Shown: piece after piece, positions 1-10,689 of the stretch | Layout: each line of letters begins with the position of its first letter | Numbering within the stretch: the first letter of the stretch is position 1 | NCBI GenBank assembly: GCA_965650705.1 | Contig: CBFGPQ010000002.1 | Span: forward strand, 10,823-74,822 | Direction of reading: 5' to 3' | Origin: an uncultured Asticcacaulis sp. | GTDB taxonomy: Bacteria > Pseudomonadota > Alphaproteobacteria > Caulobacterales > Caulobacteraceae | Length of the DNA stretch: 64,000 nt | The notes under the pieces: generated by a model | What the model was told of the DNA's origin: nothing | Databases searched by the model: none | The model's input: the letters and a program-made list of their open reading frames with translations, nothing else | Translations under genes and position numbers: made by a program

Positions 1-1902
1 TTCGAGCAGCTCGGTCCCCACGATGCCGGCTCGCTCGATCATCTCTACCCACAGGTCCGTGCCTTTTTAAGCAGCTTGCAGGCCAGTGCCACCACCGAGG
101 AGCTGAATACGCGCGCCGCCACCCACGTCCGCGATATCACGGGCTTTGACCGTGTGATGATCTATCAGTTCGACGATCAGTGGAACGGTACGGTCGTGGC
201 TGAGGACCGTAACGACGCCTTGCCATCCTATCTCGACCTGCGTTTTCCAGCCTCGGACATCCCGGCCCAGGCGCGCGAGCTTTACCGGCTGAACCGTCTG
301 CGCCTCATTCCCGACGCGACTTATCAGCCGGTCCCAATTCTGCCGTCCCTGAACCCGGCCACGAACGCGCCGACAGATCTCAGTCAGTCCGTCCTGCGCA
401 GCGTATCACCTGTCCATCTCGAATACATGCGCAACATGGGCACGCCCTCGTCCATGTCGATCTCCATCATCAGCGACGGCAGGCTGTGGGGCCTTATTTC
501 CTGTCACCACAGCGCGCCTCGTCACGTCCCAGCCCACGTGCGCACCGCCTGCGATTTTGTTGGCCAGATGCTTGCCATGCAATTGCAGGCCAAGTCGCGC
601 AATGCCGAAGCCGTCCAGCGCGTCGCCTATCAGGCCATTCAGAGCGATCTGCTGGGCTCGATGGCGGGCGAACCCTTCTTCATCGACGGTCTCAGGAAAA
701 GCCCCGACAACCTTCTGCGGCTGGCCGAAGCCTCGGGGGCAGCCATCGTCTTCGGTGACACCATCTCGACCGTGGGCGCCTGTCCCGCCCAGGACGACAT
801 CCAGCGAATCGTCGCCTGGCTGGCCTCGAAAAAGGACAGCCCTGAACTGTTCGCCACCGACCACTTGGCCGAAGTCATTCCCGGGGCCGAACGTTTCGCC
901 GACGTGGCCAGCGGTCTGATGGCCATCTCCATCTCGCAGCTTCACGCCAGCTATATCCTTTGGTTCCGCCCCGAAGTGATCCGTACGGTCAGCTGGGGCG
1001 GCGATCCAACCACCAAGATGCGTCATGGTGGTGATCCAGCACGGCTGCATCCACGTACGTCATTCGAGCAATGGAAGGAAACCGTGCGGCAACGTTCGCT
1101 GCCGTGGACCACCGTGCAGATCGATGTCGCCCGCCTCTTCCGCGGCACCATTGTCGGAATCGTCATGCGCAAGGCGGAGGAACTGGCGGCATTGAATCAG
1201 GAGCTGACGCGCAGCAACAGGGAGCTGGAGGCTTTTTCCTATTCGGTCAGCCATGACCTGCGCGCCCCCTTTCGTCATATCGTCGGCTATGCAGAAATGC
1301 TGCGGGAGAAGTACGGCGACAAGCTGGATACCAAGGCGGGCCGCTACATTAACGTCATCATCGAATCGGCCGAATCCGCCGGCAAACTGGTGGACGATCT
1401 TTTGGGCTTCTCGCAGATGGGGCGGATGACCGTCGTGCCCATTCGTGTCGATATGAACCGGCTGGTCGACGAGGTCCGCGACGTCCTAGGCGCGGACACC
1501 GAAGGTCGCAGGATCGAATGGGACATCAAACCCCTCCCCCCCGTCAACGGCGATCCCGGCATGATGCGCCAGGTCATGCAGAACCTGGTGTCGAACGCCA
1601 TAAAGTACACGCGCAAGCGCGACATTGCGCATATCGGCATAGAGAGCCACGAGACGGACAGCGAAACCATAGTTACAGTCCGCGATAATGGCGTCGGGTT
1701 CGACATGGCCTATGTCGGAAAGCTGTTCGGTGTTTTCCAGCGCCTGCACCGAGTAGAGGATTACGAAGGCACCGGCATAGGCCTGGCCAACGTCCGGCGC
1801 ATTATTGAGCGGCATGGTGGTAGAACCTGGGCGGAAGGTGAGTTAGACAAGGGCGCGGCATTTCATTTTGCACTGCCGAAGGAGCAAGGGGCGAAACTAT
1901 GA
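1..1902 (+). CDS. bphP: Bacteriophytochrome (GAF-PHY-HisKA-HATPase), 5'-truncated by window edge
   Basis: Frame open from base 1. GFDRVMIYQF, PASDIP, RSVSPVHLEYMRNMG (no GAF Cys, so biliverdin type), PHY tongue PRTSF, H-box SHDLRAP, G-boxes DNGVGF/GTGIGL. Confidence 0.95.
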   Translation, partial: FEQLGPHDAGSLDHLYPQVRAFLSSLQASATTEELNTRAATHVRDITGFDRVMIYQFDDQWNGTVVAEDRNDALPSYLDLRFPASDIPAQARELYRLNRLRLIPDATYQPVPILPSLNPATNAPTDLSQSVLRSVSPVHLEYMRNMGTPSSMSISIISDGRLWGLISCHHSAPRHVPAHVRTACDFVGQMLAMQLQAKSRNAEAVQRVAYQAIQSDLLGSMAGEPFFIDGLRKSPDNLLRLAEASGAAIVFGDTISTVGACPAQDDIQRIVAWLASKKDSPELFATDHLAEVIPGAERFADVASGLMAISISQLHASYILWFRPEVIRTVSWGGDPTTKMRHGGDPARLHPRTSFEQWKETVRQRSLPWTTVQIDVARLFRGTIVGIVMRKAEELAALNQELTRSNRELEAFSYSVSHDLRAPFRHIVGYAEMLREKYGDKLDTKAGRYINVIIESAESAGKLVDDLLGFSQMGRMTVVPIRVDMNRLVDEVRDVLGADTEGRRIEWDIKPLPPVNGDPGMMRQVMQNLVSNAIKYTRKRDIAHIGIESHETDSETIVTVRDNGVGFDMAYVGKLFGVFQRLHRVEDYEGTGIGLANVRRIIERHGGRTWAEGELDKGAAFHFALPKEQGAKL

Positions 1903-2372
1903 AGGGCTTGAGACCGATCCTTCTTGTCGAGGACAATCCAAAGGACCTCGAGCTCACGCTGGAAGCGCTCGAACGCAGCCAGCTTGCCAACGAGGTCGTA
2001 ACCGCCCGCGACGGCGTGGAGGCGCTTGACTGGCTGTTCCGGCGCAATGCGCATGCGCACCGCGAAAGCAGTGATCCGGCTGTCATCCTGTTGGATCTGA
2101 AGCTGCCGCGCGTCGACGGCTTGCAGGTACTGGAGCAAATCAAAAGCGACGAGGAAATGAGGCATTTGCCGGTCGTCATGTTGACAGCTTCGCGCGAAGA
2201 AAGCGATCTGGTGAAAAGCTACCAGCTGGGCGTCAATGCCTTTGTCGTTAAGCCGGTCGGGTTCCAGGACTTCTTCAAGGCTATACGCGACCTCGGCATC
2301 TTCTGGGCGGTCGTCAACGAACCGCATCCGCCGCGGCCCCGCACCCAGCCCATGAAGGTCACGGAAGCATGA
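1899..2372 (+). CDS. Phytochrome-associated single-domain response regulator (Rcp1-like)
   Basis: ILLVEDN, LLDLKLP, KP, C-terminal FW motif; ATGA overlap with bphP. Confidence 0.92.
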   Translation: MKGLRPILLVEDNPKDLELTLEALERSQLANEVVTARDGVEALDWLFRRNAHAHRESSDPAVILLDLKLPRVDGLQVLEQIKSDEEMRHLPVVMLTASREESDLVKSYQLGVNAFVVKPVGFQDFFKAIRDLGIFWAVVNEPHPPRPRTQPMKVTEA

Positions 2373-5311
2373 AGGACAGGCCGCGTCTAAATGTGCTGAT
2401 GCTTGAGGACAGTCCGCTCGACGCGGAACTGATCGAAGAGCATTTGCAGCGCGGCGGTATCCTGTCTCGGGTGTATCGGGTGGCGACGAAGGACGACTTT
2501 GTCAGGGCCATCAATGAACAAAAGTTCCAGCTCATCCTTGCCGACTATAACCTTCCTGGCTTCGATGGCCTGTCGGCATTGAAGATCGCGGCAAAGACGG
2601 CGCCCCAGACGCCGTTTATACTGGTCAGCGGCACTTTGACAGAGGAAGCCGCAATCGAGGCCATGCGCAACGGCGCCAGCGACTTCGTCGTTAAGCAGCG
2701 CCTGACGCGCCTGCCCGACGCGGTGCAGCGGGCCCTGAATGAGGTTGGCGAACGCGAAGCGCGGCGAATAGCCGAGGGACTGCTGGAGCGCAGCAACCAG
2801 TCGCTGTCGCGCACCATCGAGACGCTTGAGCGCCGCGAGGAGCAACTGCGCCTGGCAACAGAAGCGGGTGAGATCGGCACGTGGGACCTGGACATTCCGA
2901 CCGGCGTGCTGACTTGGTCGGAGCGCACCAAGGCAGCCTTCGGCATGTCACCGGACGCGTCGGTCAGCCTACAGGATTTCTATGCCGGCCTGCACCCCGA
3001 CGACTTGGAAACGACAAGCCAGGCCTTCGCCAGCGCGCTCGACCCTCAGGTCCGCGCCACCTATGATGTCGAATACCGGACAGTGGGCAAGGAAGACGGC
3101 ATCGTCCGCTGGGTCGCCGCCAAGGGCAAGGGGCTATTCGATTCCTCCGGGTTTTGTATCCGCGCCATCGGCACGGCCATCGATATCAGCAGCGCAAAGC
3201 TGGAACGGGGGCGGCAGGTCCTGCTGGCCGAACTGACCAAGCTGCTCGGCAGCGACGACGCCGATGCAGCGCTGCATTCGGCCTGCGAGCTGATGGGCCA
3301 GCATTTCGGTGTCCAGCGCGTTGGCTATGGTCTGCTCGACGCCGTGGCGGATACCTTCAGCTATACGGTGTGCTGGACCGACGGCACGGTGCCGCCGCTG
3401 CTCGGGGAATACCCGGCCCAGGCCTTCGGACCACAGATCGTTGCACGCCTCCGAACCGGCGAGACTGTAGTGGTCGACGACCTGTTCGCCGCCGCGATTA
3501 GCAGCGAGACCGAAACGCTCCAGACGGCGTCCGAAGTCGATACCCGCGCCATACTGGTTGTACCGTTCCTGCGTGGCGGGCGGCTGCGCACGATTGTTTA
3601 CCTGAATGCGCGCCAGCCCCGCAAATGGACCGCGGGCGAAATCATTTTTATGGAGGCCGTGGCGGAACGGACGCGCCAGCTGATCGAAAGGGCGGAAGCC
3701 GACGCCGCCATTCGCGGCACGGCCGAACGCTATCGTCTGGCGTCCAAGGCGACCAATGACCCTATCTGGGACTGGGACCTTCAATCCAATCACGTGCTGT
3801 GGAACGATGCCTTGTACGACGTGTTCGGCTTCGCGCGTGCGGATGTGCGTGCGACCGGCGAATGGTGGCTGGCGAATATCGCACCCGCCGACCGCGACCG
3901 CGTCAAAGCGAGCATCCATGCCGTCATTGACGGCGAAGGGGACCACTGGAGCGAGGAATATTGTTTTCTCAATTCCGAAGGCCAGCCGGTCCCTGTGCTG
4001 GACCGCGGCTACGTCATTCGCGACGCGCAGGGCAAAGCGACCCGTATGATCGGCGCCATGCTGGATCTGACCGAACGGCGGCGAGCCGAACAAATCCTGA
4101 GGGAGTTGAACGAGCGGCTTGAGGAAAGGGTCGCCGCGACCATCGCCGAGCGCGAGGAGATCGAACAGACGTTGCGCCAGGCTCAGAAGATGGAAGCCGT
4201 CGGTCAGCTGACAGGGGGTATCGCGCACGACTTCAACAACATGCTGGCCGTCACCATGGGCTCGCTCGACCTTATGAAGCGCCGCGTCCCGCCCGAGGAC
4301 ACCCGTATGCACCGCTATATCGAGTCAGCCCTTGAAGGCTGTCGGCGATCGGCCAATCTGACGCAGCGCCTCCTGGCCTTCTCCCGTCAGCAAACCCTTT
4401 CGCCAAAGACGGTTGAGATCAACAAGCTGGTGTCCAACATGTCGGAATTGCTGCGCCATTCCATCGGCGCCGACGTCCAGCTTGAAACCGTACTGTCGGG
4501 CGGTGTCTGGCGCACCCATGTTGACCCGAACCAGCTTGAGAACGTCCTGCTGAACCTGGCCGTCAATGCGCGCGATGCGATGCCCGAAGGTGGCCACCTG
4601 ACCATCGAAACCCAGAACGCCTACCTTGACAGCCATTATGCCGCCAGCGAACTGGGGATCAAAGCCGGGCAGTATGTCATGATTGCTGTGACGGATACGG
4701 GCACCGGCATGCCGCCCGACGTCATCGAAAAGGCGTTCGATCCGTTCTTCACGACCAAGGAGGTCGGCAAGGGCACAGGTCTTGGGCTTAGCCAGGTCTA
4801 TGGTTTCGTCAAACAGTCCGGCGGCCATGTGCGGATCTATTCCGAACCCGGGCAGGGCACGACGGTGAAGGTATATTTGCCACGCGACGAGCAGCCAGCG
4901 GTCGAAGTGACGACGGAGACGCGGCCGGGCGAAATTCGCGGCGAGGCGAGCGAGCTGATCATGGTGGTCGACGACGAACCGTCGGTGCGGCGATTTACCT
5001 GTGAAGCGCTCATCGAACTTGGCTATGGTGTGATCGAGGTGGCCACGCCGTCCGCCGCCGTGCAGATGTTGAAGGAACGCGCCGACATAGCCTTGTTGTT
5101 TTCCGATATCGTCATGCCGGAAACCAATGGCTTCGAACTGGTCGAACAGAGCCTGCAGATCCGGCCGGATCTGAAAATTCTGCATTCCAGCGGTTATACG
5201 CGAAACTCGGTCGTCAGGGGACGTGCGCTTGACTCGCAATTGAACCTAATCACCAAACCGTTTTCGATCGACGAACTCGCCGTACGTGTGCGCGAAGTTC
5301 TGGATCGCTGA
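2369..5311 (+). CDS. Hybrid sensor kinase REC-PAS-GAF-PAS-HisKA-HATPase-REC
   Basis: N-terminal REC (LEDS, ADYNLP), PAS/PAC motifs ([13 protein letters not shown]), AHDFNN H-box, [15 protein letters not shown]-terminal REC; ATGA-coupled. Confidence 0.92.
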   Translation: MKDRPRLNVLMLEDSPLDAELIEEHLQRGGILSRVYRVATKDDFVRAINEQKFQLILADYNLPGFDGLSALKIAAKTAPQTPFILVSGTLTEEAAIEAMRNGASDFVVKQRLTRLPDAVQRALNEVGEREARRIAEGLLERSNQSLSRTIETLERREEQLRLATEAGEIGTWDLDIPTGVLTWSERTKAAFGMSPDASVSLQDFYAGLHPDDLETTSQAFASALDPQVRATYDVEYRTVGKEDGIVRWVAAKGKGLFDSSGFCIRAIGTAIDISSAKLERGRQVLLAELTKLLGSDDADAALHSACELMGQHFGVQRVGYGLLDAVADTFSYTVCWTDGTVPPLLGEYPAQAFGPQIVARLRTGETVVVDDLFAAAISSETETLQTASEVDTRAILVVPFLRGGRLRTIVYLNARQPRKWTAGEIIFMEAVAERTRQLIERAEADAAIRGTAERYRLASKATNDPIWDWDLQSNHVLWNDALYDVFGFARADVRATGEWWLANIAPADRDRVKASIHAVIDGEGDHWSEEYCFLNSEGQPVPVLDRGYVIRDAQGKATRMIGAMLDLTERRRAEQILRELNERLEERVAATIAEREEIEQTLRQAQKMEAVGQLTGGIAHDFNNMLAVTMGSLDLMKRRVPPEDTRMHRYIESALEGCRRSANLTQRLLAFSRQQTLSPKTVEINKLVSNMSELLRHSIGADVQLETVLSGGVWRTHVDPNQLENVLLNLAVNARDAMPEGGHLTIETQNAYLDSHYAASELGIKAGQYVMIAVTDTGTGMPPDVIEKAFDPFFTTKEVGKGTGLGLSQVYGFVKQSGGHVRIYSEPGQGTTVKVYLPRDEQPAVEVTTETRPGEIRGEASELIMVVDDEPSVRRFTCEALIELGYGVIEVATPSAAVQMLKERADIALLFSDIVMPETNGFELVEQSLQIRPDLKILHSSGYTRNSVVRGRALDSQLNLITKPFSIDELAVRVREVLDR

Positions 5312-5373
5312 CTGGTCTCGCCCGGCTCCAGAGCTAGCCACAGGTCATCAACCGCAAAAGGCTTACGCATAAC

Positions 5374-5977
5374 TTAGGTTCGAGACTCAATCAGCCCACC
5401 CGGTAATTGCGATAGCAATAGCGACGGCGGCAGCAAAGTTGGCTACGAGCTTATCGTATCGGGTAAGGAGGTTCAGGTCAGGTGAATAGGCGGTAGATAG
5501 AATAGGACGGCGCCCTTGATCTTCGATGGCTTCGCGGATTCCGCTGACCTTATGGCTGGGTAGGTTGTCCATCACGACGATGTCACCCGCCGAGAGCGTG
5601 GGCGCCAATTCCTGTTCGATATAGACTCGGAAGGCGTCTCCATTCATCGGCCCATCGAGAACCCAAGGCGCCATGAGGCCGTCGCAGCGCAGGCCGCAGA
5701 TGAAGGTCGTGGTTTTCCAATGGCCCCAGGGCGTTTTGCAGACTAACCGCTGGCCGATCGGGCATCGGCCATATGCCCGCGTCATCGTCGTGTTAGCACC
5801 TGTTTCATCAATGAATACGAGCTTTTGGGGATCAAGCTTTGACTGAGCTGCCTTCCAGCAGTCGGGAGCTTCTGCAACGTCGGCCCGATGTCGAAAGCAT
5901 CATGGACTCATGAAACGACAAAAATGGAATCTCCCGAACAATCACATTCGTTCATCTCTGACGCCCAAATGCTCTAG
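5374..5977 (-). mobile_element. Degenerate IS remnant: IS630-family transposase fragment fused to an IS5-type C-terminus/end
   Basis: Minus frame reads DVAEA..W..Q..LDPQKLVFIDETG...MDNLPSHK...AYSPDLN (IS630), then TRYDKLVANFAAAV (IS5-like tail). CTAGAGC-type end at 5971-5977; TAGGTTCGAGACTCA-type end at ~5375-5389; N-terminal HTH missing. Confidence 0.75.
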
Positions 5978-6098
5978 ACTAGAAGCGACGAAACAACTGC
6001 GTCGTGCCACCACAAGCCCGCATTCCTTATGGAAATCAGATGCTTGCAAAGCGTAGCGTCTATCCGGTGGCGGGGCCAAGATTTCCATGCCCATGCAC

Positions 6099-7094
6099 TC
6101 ACCTCTCATCGCGCGTGGCCTCCGGCATTGGACGTTCCCGGTCCGGTTCCACAAATTGACGCGAGATCTCGAATGCGAGCACGCGATCCTCAGGCAATTC
6201 CGATCGAGCCAGCACCGCACTAAGCAAAGAATAGTATGCCCGTCGATCGGCTTCCAGCCCCGACACTTCGTCTGCCGATATAACCCCGGGGTCTCCCCCG
6301 TGCAGCGAAGTCTGGCCCCGCTCGGCCATCGCAAGGACTGAGCGTCTTGTGCCGCGCTCCCGCTTGAGCCGGGCGAGGCGGCTTGTGGCGTTGGCCTCGA
6401 TACCGTGGGCGCGTAACTGCGCCGCGAAGCCTTCGCGCCACTTTTGCAGGTCGGCCTTGCGCGGATTCAGGCGGCGCCCGTCCAGTCCCATTGTTTTGAC
6501 GACCAAATGGATGTGGGGATGTGCGGGAGGGTTGGGGTCAGGATCGGTGGCCTGGGTATGGTAGGCGAATACATATTGGTGATCGTCGAATGCGATGGCG
6601 GCAAAGGCCCGGACAGCGCGCTTCATGCTGACCTCGTCCGTCTCGGCCGGCATCGAAAACACAATGTTGAGCGTATCCCTGCGGCCACTTTCCATGGTGA
6701 GCGCCTCCGCTCCGCTGAGGCGCCACTCCTCCTTCAGATCCCTCACCTGGTCCTTGCCCGTAGCAATCAGCCCGTCCTGGTCCTCGAGCGCGATATCACC
6801 TTTGCGGCTGATGTAATCGATATGGCGGCTGATCTGCCTCATGCCTTTGCAAGCCGAGGTGATCTTGACCATGACCTCAGGCACCTTCCGCACGGTCCTA
6901 GCAAGTCGTTCGCGGACAGCCTGAGCACGAACCGCCTCCGACCTGGCCGCGGCGCCTCCTCTGCCGGCGCGGGGCGTTCGAATACCTGTTTCAATCGGCT
7001 CCGATTTTTGCCGCATGGACTTGACCTGGGCCTCATACTCCCCCGCCTCCCACTCAACCAGGAAGCCGTCTACATAGCTTTTCGGAAGCGTCAT
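6099..7094 (-). CDS. VirD2-like (MOBP) relaxase
   Basis: EVMVKIT, HIDYISRKG (catalytic Tyr), NIVFSMP, H..HPHIH HUH motif; start placed at ATG 7094 overlapping the mobC stop. Confidence 0.88.
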   Translation of the reverse strand: MTLPKSYVDGFLVEWEAGEYEAQVKSMRQKSEPIETGIRTPRAGRGGAAARSEAVRAQAVRERLARTVRKVPEVMVKITSACKGMRQISRHIDYISRKGDIALEDQDGLIATGKDQVRDLKEEWRLSGAEALTMESGRRDTLNIVFSMPAETDEVSMKRAVRAFAAIAFDDHQYVFAYHTQATDPDPNPPAHPHIHLVVKTMGLDGRRLNPRKADLQKWREGFAAQLRAHGIEANATSRLARLKRERGTRRSVLAMAERGQTSLHGGDPGVISADEVSGLEADRRAYYSLLSAVLARSELPEDRVLAFEISRQFVEPDRERPMPEATRDER

Positions 7095-7651
7095 CGACGC
7101 CACCGCCGGCTGTTGGCAGTGAGAAGCGCCGACACGGCTTCGGTATGGCTCCTGATCAGGTCGGCAAGATATTCTATCTGGGCCAAGGTCAATTCGTCGC
7201 TTTCGGCCCGCGCATTCATGTTGCGCGCGATCTGGTTGACGTTGCGCCCGAGGGCTAACAGGAGCTGATTCGAACGCGTCAACGCGCGCACCTCGTCTTC
7301 GCCGAACTGTGGCTCTCCCGTCAAATGAAGGCGCACCAGGCCCGTGAGCCAACGCGGAACGCTCATGCCTTCGCGATCCGCTACGGCCTTCAGCGCCGCG
7401 AGCTCTACATCAGTCAGGCGGATTTCCAGGCGTTTCTTGGATCCCCCCGTCTTGCTGCCGCCAAAATCCGCCGGATGGGGTAGAGTATCGGACGCCGGGG
7501 CGCCCTCGATGACGCGGCGCAAGACTTGCCGGACGGCTTCGCTGGGTGTCACCTGCCGTGCCCGGCACCATGCTTCCCACGGCTTTTTCAAGTCCTTGAG
7601 GACGACGACCAGGGTTGTCGGGCGGACCCGTTTTTTCGGCTGATCAACCAT
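7091..7651 (-). CDS. mobC: MobC relaxosome accessory protein (RHH)
   Basis: LEIRLTDVE..AL RHH segment and LGRNVNQIAR MobC signature; immediately upstream of the relaxase. Confidence 0.85.
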   Translation of the reverse strand: MVDQPKKRVRPTTLVVVLKDLKKPWEAWCRARQVTPSEAVRQVLRRVIEGAPASDTLPHPADFGGSKTGGSKKRLEIRLTDVELAALKAVADREGMSVPRWLTGLVRLHLTGEPQFGEDEVRALTRSNQLLLALGRNVNQIARNMNARAESDELTLAQIEYLADLIRSHTEAVSALLTANSRRWRR

Positions 7652-7670
7652 GCGACCAAACCCTCACCCC

Positions 7671-7710
7671 AAAAGGCGATACCTTTTCGGCGAATAGCCT
7701 ATCCTGCCTA
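7671..7710 (+). other. oriT with RP4/T-border-type nic site (TATCCTG^C, nick 7706/7707)
   Basis: CCTATCCTGCC at 7698-7708 matches the IncP nic core; inverted repeat AAAAGG-N5-CCTTTT at 7671-7687 lies 5' of it; adjacent to mobC. Confidence 0.82.
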
Positions 7711-7902
7711 CCCAATAGCAAAAGCACGACATTTCTCATGAGAAAGCACTTGGTCTTGGCAGCTGCCCGGCCGACCGGGGGGCTTTGCCGCCCCCTCGCG
7801 GCGCCATGCGCCGCTTCCCCCCTGCAAGGGTGGCCACGTGCGCGGCTCACGCCGCCGCGCAGCTGAAATGGGCGAATTGGGCTCGGCGGGGGAAAGCGTG
7901 TC

Positions 7903-8844
7903 TTACGCATCGGTACGGTCAAGCCCCCGGTTGATCGGCTCGTAGCGTCTAGCGTCGTCAAGGCGTAGCACGCGAACATCGCGGCACGGGACGGATACGA
8001 CCTCGGCCGTGTCATCCCATTTAACGAGCAGATGATCTTCAGCCTTCGCTCTGCGGCTCAGCACGATAATCCCGAACCGGCCCGCCACGGTCACGGCGAC
8101 AACGGGCCGTTTGATCTCGGACGGATCGAGTTTCCTGGGCTTCCTGCCACGTCGTTCGCCTTCCGACGGCTCAGCACCGGTCGCGACTACGCCTGCCAAG
8201 GCCTGTTTCAGCTGTTCCACCGACCGGCGCGATATGTCGATATCCTGTGCCAGCCAGGCGCGCGTCTCGTCGGGAAACCTCTGAAACACCGAGCGCAATT
8301 CGAAGATGGTCTCCGGCGACGTATTTTTACCGCTGCGGTAAACCGCCTCGATTTCCGCCGGGGCGTTCACAAGTGCCAGATGCTTCGTGACGGCAGACGG
8401 CCGAATCCCGAGCTTCTTGGCCACTTCCGTCTGCTTCATGCCCGCGCCGATCTTGCCAGCCATGAAAAGCGCGAGCTCCATCGCCGTCAGATCGGAGCGC
8501 TGGAGGTTCTCTATCACCTGCTCGAAATCGTTTGGCGCCTCTTCCAGCCAAGCGGGTATGTGGGTCAGGCCGGCGGCGACAGCGGCCCGGCGCCGTCTTG
8601 CTCCGAACTTGACCATGTAGTGATCGGCAATCGACGGATGCAGCACAACGGTGATCGGCACCTTCACGCCGACCTCGGCTATACTGGCGGCCAGTTCGAG
8701 CACATCGTCGAAGGTCTTGCGCGGCTGGTTAGGGTCCTCGTGCACCCGATCCAGCTCAAGCGATAATGGTTTCCCCGCGTCCTTGCCTGAGACGCTTGCG
8801 TTCAAAGCCTCCAGGCCGCTCAGATCGATTGGCGACACGCTCAT
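7903..8844 (-). CDS. KorB-like ParB-family partition/regulator protein
   Basis: EDPNQPRKTF, GARRRRA, VIENLQRSDL, HTH, KorB-like C-terminus; ATG 8844 overlaps the ParA stop. Confidence 0.82.
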   Translation of the reverse strand: MSVSPIDLSGLEALNASVSGKDAGKPLSLELDRVHEDPNQPRKTFDDVLELAASIAEVGVKVPITVVLHPSIADHYMVKFGARRRRAAVAAGLTHIPAWLEEAPNDFEQVIENLQRSDLTAMELALFMAGKIGAGMKQTEVAKKLGIRPSAVTKHLALVNAPAEIEAVYRSGKNTSPETIFELRSVFQRFPDETRAWLAQDIDISRRSVEQLKQALAGVVATGAEPSEGERRGRKPRKLDPSEIKRPVVAVTVAGRFGIIVLSRRAKAEDHLLVKWDDTAEVVSVPCRDVRVLRLDDARRYEPINRGLDRTDA

Positions 8845-9659
8845 GCCAGCGGCCCTCCTACAGGCATGAGGTCCATCCGATTGAGGATCATGTCGAACAC
8901 CGGCCGGATTTCCTTCCAAGCATCCCGGGCGCTGGTCTTCGTCATATCCGCGATGAACGCACCCGCAGCCTGCGCTTCGGCCACGGCGGTGCGCTTGTGC
9001 AGGTAGCCGTAGCGGAGATCCCCGTTATGCGTTCCGGACAACAGGTGCGCGCCGTACCCAGCGACCAGTTGCTGCAGGTTCGCACGTTGAAACGGCGTTG
9101 CCTCGACCTGGTTGGGAAGAATGCCGAGGAACCTGAGGTCCGGGTTCAAGGCTGTTCGTATCTTGCTGATGCCGTACCGCGGATGGCCCAGCACCGCCGA
9201 AATCCCGCCGATCGCTTCCTGATTGAGCTGAATGGGGGCAAGGACAAAACCGGCGCAGATCAAAGCCGCAGCATACCGGATGTCGGGGTTCGGATTTGTA
9301 TCGACGATGCAGACGTCGAAGGTGTTCCATCCATCGAGCGCGGCCCGGTAGCGTGACGCGAACGCATTGTGCTGGTCTGCGTGCCTTTCAAGCGTCGAGA
9401 GGCGATCATCGCCAGCGATCAGAACAAATGGCGCCGCCGGCAACGCCCGCACGGTGGCCTCGGTGAAAATGTCGCTGGCGCTGAAGTCAGCTGCGGTGAC
9501 ACTGGGGCTCGCCAAGAGCGGACGGGACGTATTCTGCTGATGGTCAAGGTCGATGACGAGGACGCTGCGGCCCTGCCGATGCATGTAGTGGGCCAGCTGG
9601 GTCGCAACCGCGCTTTTGCCGACACCACCCTTCTGGTTTGCCAGGACGAGGATTTTCAT
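8841..9659 (-). CDS. IncC-like ParA ATPase
   Basis: NQKGGVGKS deviant Walker A, VIDLDHQQN, IVDTNP. Confidence 0.88.
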   Translation of the reverse strand: MKILVLANQKGGVGKSAVATQLAHYMHRQGRSVLVIDLDHQQNTSRPLLASPSVTAADFSASDIFTEATVRALPAAPFVLIAGDDRLSTLERHADQHNAFASRYRAALDGWNTFDVCIVDTNPNPDIRYAAALICAGFVLAPIQLNQEAIGGISAVLGHPRYGISKIRTALNPDLRFLGILPNQVEATPFQRANLQQLVAGYGAHLLSGTHNGDLRYGYLHKRTAVAEAQAAGAFIADMTKTSARDAWKEIRPVFDMILNRMDLMPVGGPLA

Positions 9660-9774
9660 CTGCTGCCTCACGATGACCGACGACAGCACACGTTTGGCAT
9701 TTTATATGTTTCGCGTCACGCATTTTATACATTGTGAGCATTCAAAATAAATACTTTGCAGAATGGCAGAAGAA

Positions 9775-9799
9775 TGCCCTCCGGCTTTGCCGGAGGGCA
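9775..9799 (-). terminator. Hairpin terminator downstream of ssb
   Basis: TGCCCTCCGGC-TTT-GCCGGAGGGCA perfect 11-bp stem just past the ssb stop. Confidence 0.6.
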
Positions 9800-9809
9800 A
9801 AAAGCGCCT

Positions 9810-10229
9810 TCAGAAGGGGATTTCTTCATCGAGATCGTACTCTGGTGGCGGCGCGGTCTTTCCCTTACGCTTGGTCTGTGACGCAGAGGTCTGCGCCTCA
9901 TCGCGTTTGAAGGGGGAAAGCAGCGACGTGCTGCCGATCAGTTCGACACCGTACTGCTTGACGCCGTCCTTCTCCCACTGGCTATAGCTAATGCGGCCGG
10001 TGAAGTGGACGAGGTCGCCCTTGCCGTAGTTCTGTTCGATATAGTCGACGCGCTTGTCGCCAAAGACGGTCACGCGGTGCCAGGTTGTGCGCTTGACCCA
10101 TTCGCCGTTCGCGCCTTTGAAACCGTCATCTGTGGCGATGCTGAGGTTGGCGAGGCGGGCGCCATCGTTGAGGGTGCGGCAGGTCGGCGTGTCGCCCAGG
10201 CGGCCGATGAGGTTGACGATGTTGTTCAT
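9810..10229 (-). CDS. ssb: Single-stranded DNA-binding protein
   Basis: NIVNLIGRLG, TTWHRV, acidic C-terminal tip DLDEEIPF; GGAGA RBS before ATG 10229. Confidence 0.95.
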   Translation of the reverse strand: MNNIVNLIGRLGDTPTCRTLNDGARLANLSIATDDGFKGANGEWVKRTTWHRVTVFGDKRVDYIEQNYGKGDLVHFTGRISYSQWEKDGVKQYGVELIGSTSLLSPFKRDEAQTSASQTKRKGKTAPPPEYDLDEEIPF

Positions 10230-10260
10230 TGTAGTCTCCATGATGTTCACCCTTGGGGCC

Positions 10261-10437
10261 CATCCCCATCGGGCCGCGGCTTCACCGCGATCATGCGACC
10301 TGAAGGGCCGGTCGAGGCGGCGCGCCACACCCGCAGGGGCGAAACAGCGTGGAGCAGGGCGAAGCCCTTGGGGCGGACGCAGACCGGCTTACGTTCGCAT
10401 GATTGATCGGGGTAAATGGCGCGCGCCCCTTGGGATG
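10261..10437. promoter_or_regulatory. Long imperfect hairpin upstream of ssb (Frpo/ssi-like ssDNA structure)
   Basis: Nested arms CATCCC/GGGATG, GATCATGCGA/TCGCATGATT, GCCGGTC/GACCGGC; inner AGGGC-GAA-GCCCT hairpin. Confidence 0.6.
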
Positions 10438-10689
10438 CGCCGGGAGGATGAAGGGAGGCATCAAACAGCGCCGCAAGCAAAACCCGCCCGGATTCCGCCA
10501 CCTGCCACGCTAACATCGCCGGCCGGGAATGTCCTCAAAGCCTGATGACCACATCCGCGATGGCCGGGGCTCTTGAAGCGGCACCGCGCACGATGATCGG
10601 CGGGCCGCAGGCGTGACGCCCCAGGACAGAGGGCAGACAACCGTTTGCTTCCGTTGAAGGTCCGCCGCCAGAATAGTTGCAAGGACGCG

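Noticed and set aside
7095-7352. N-terminal 86-aa extension of the relaxase in the ORF track
   Set aside because: Overlaps mobC; ATGA coupling at 7091-7094 gives a better start
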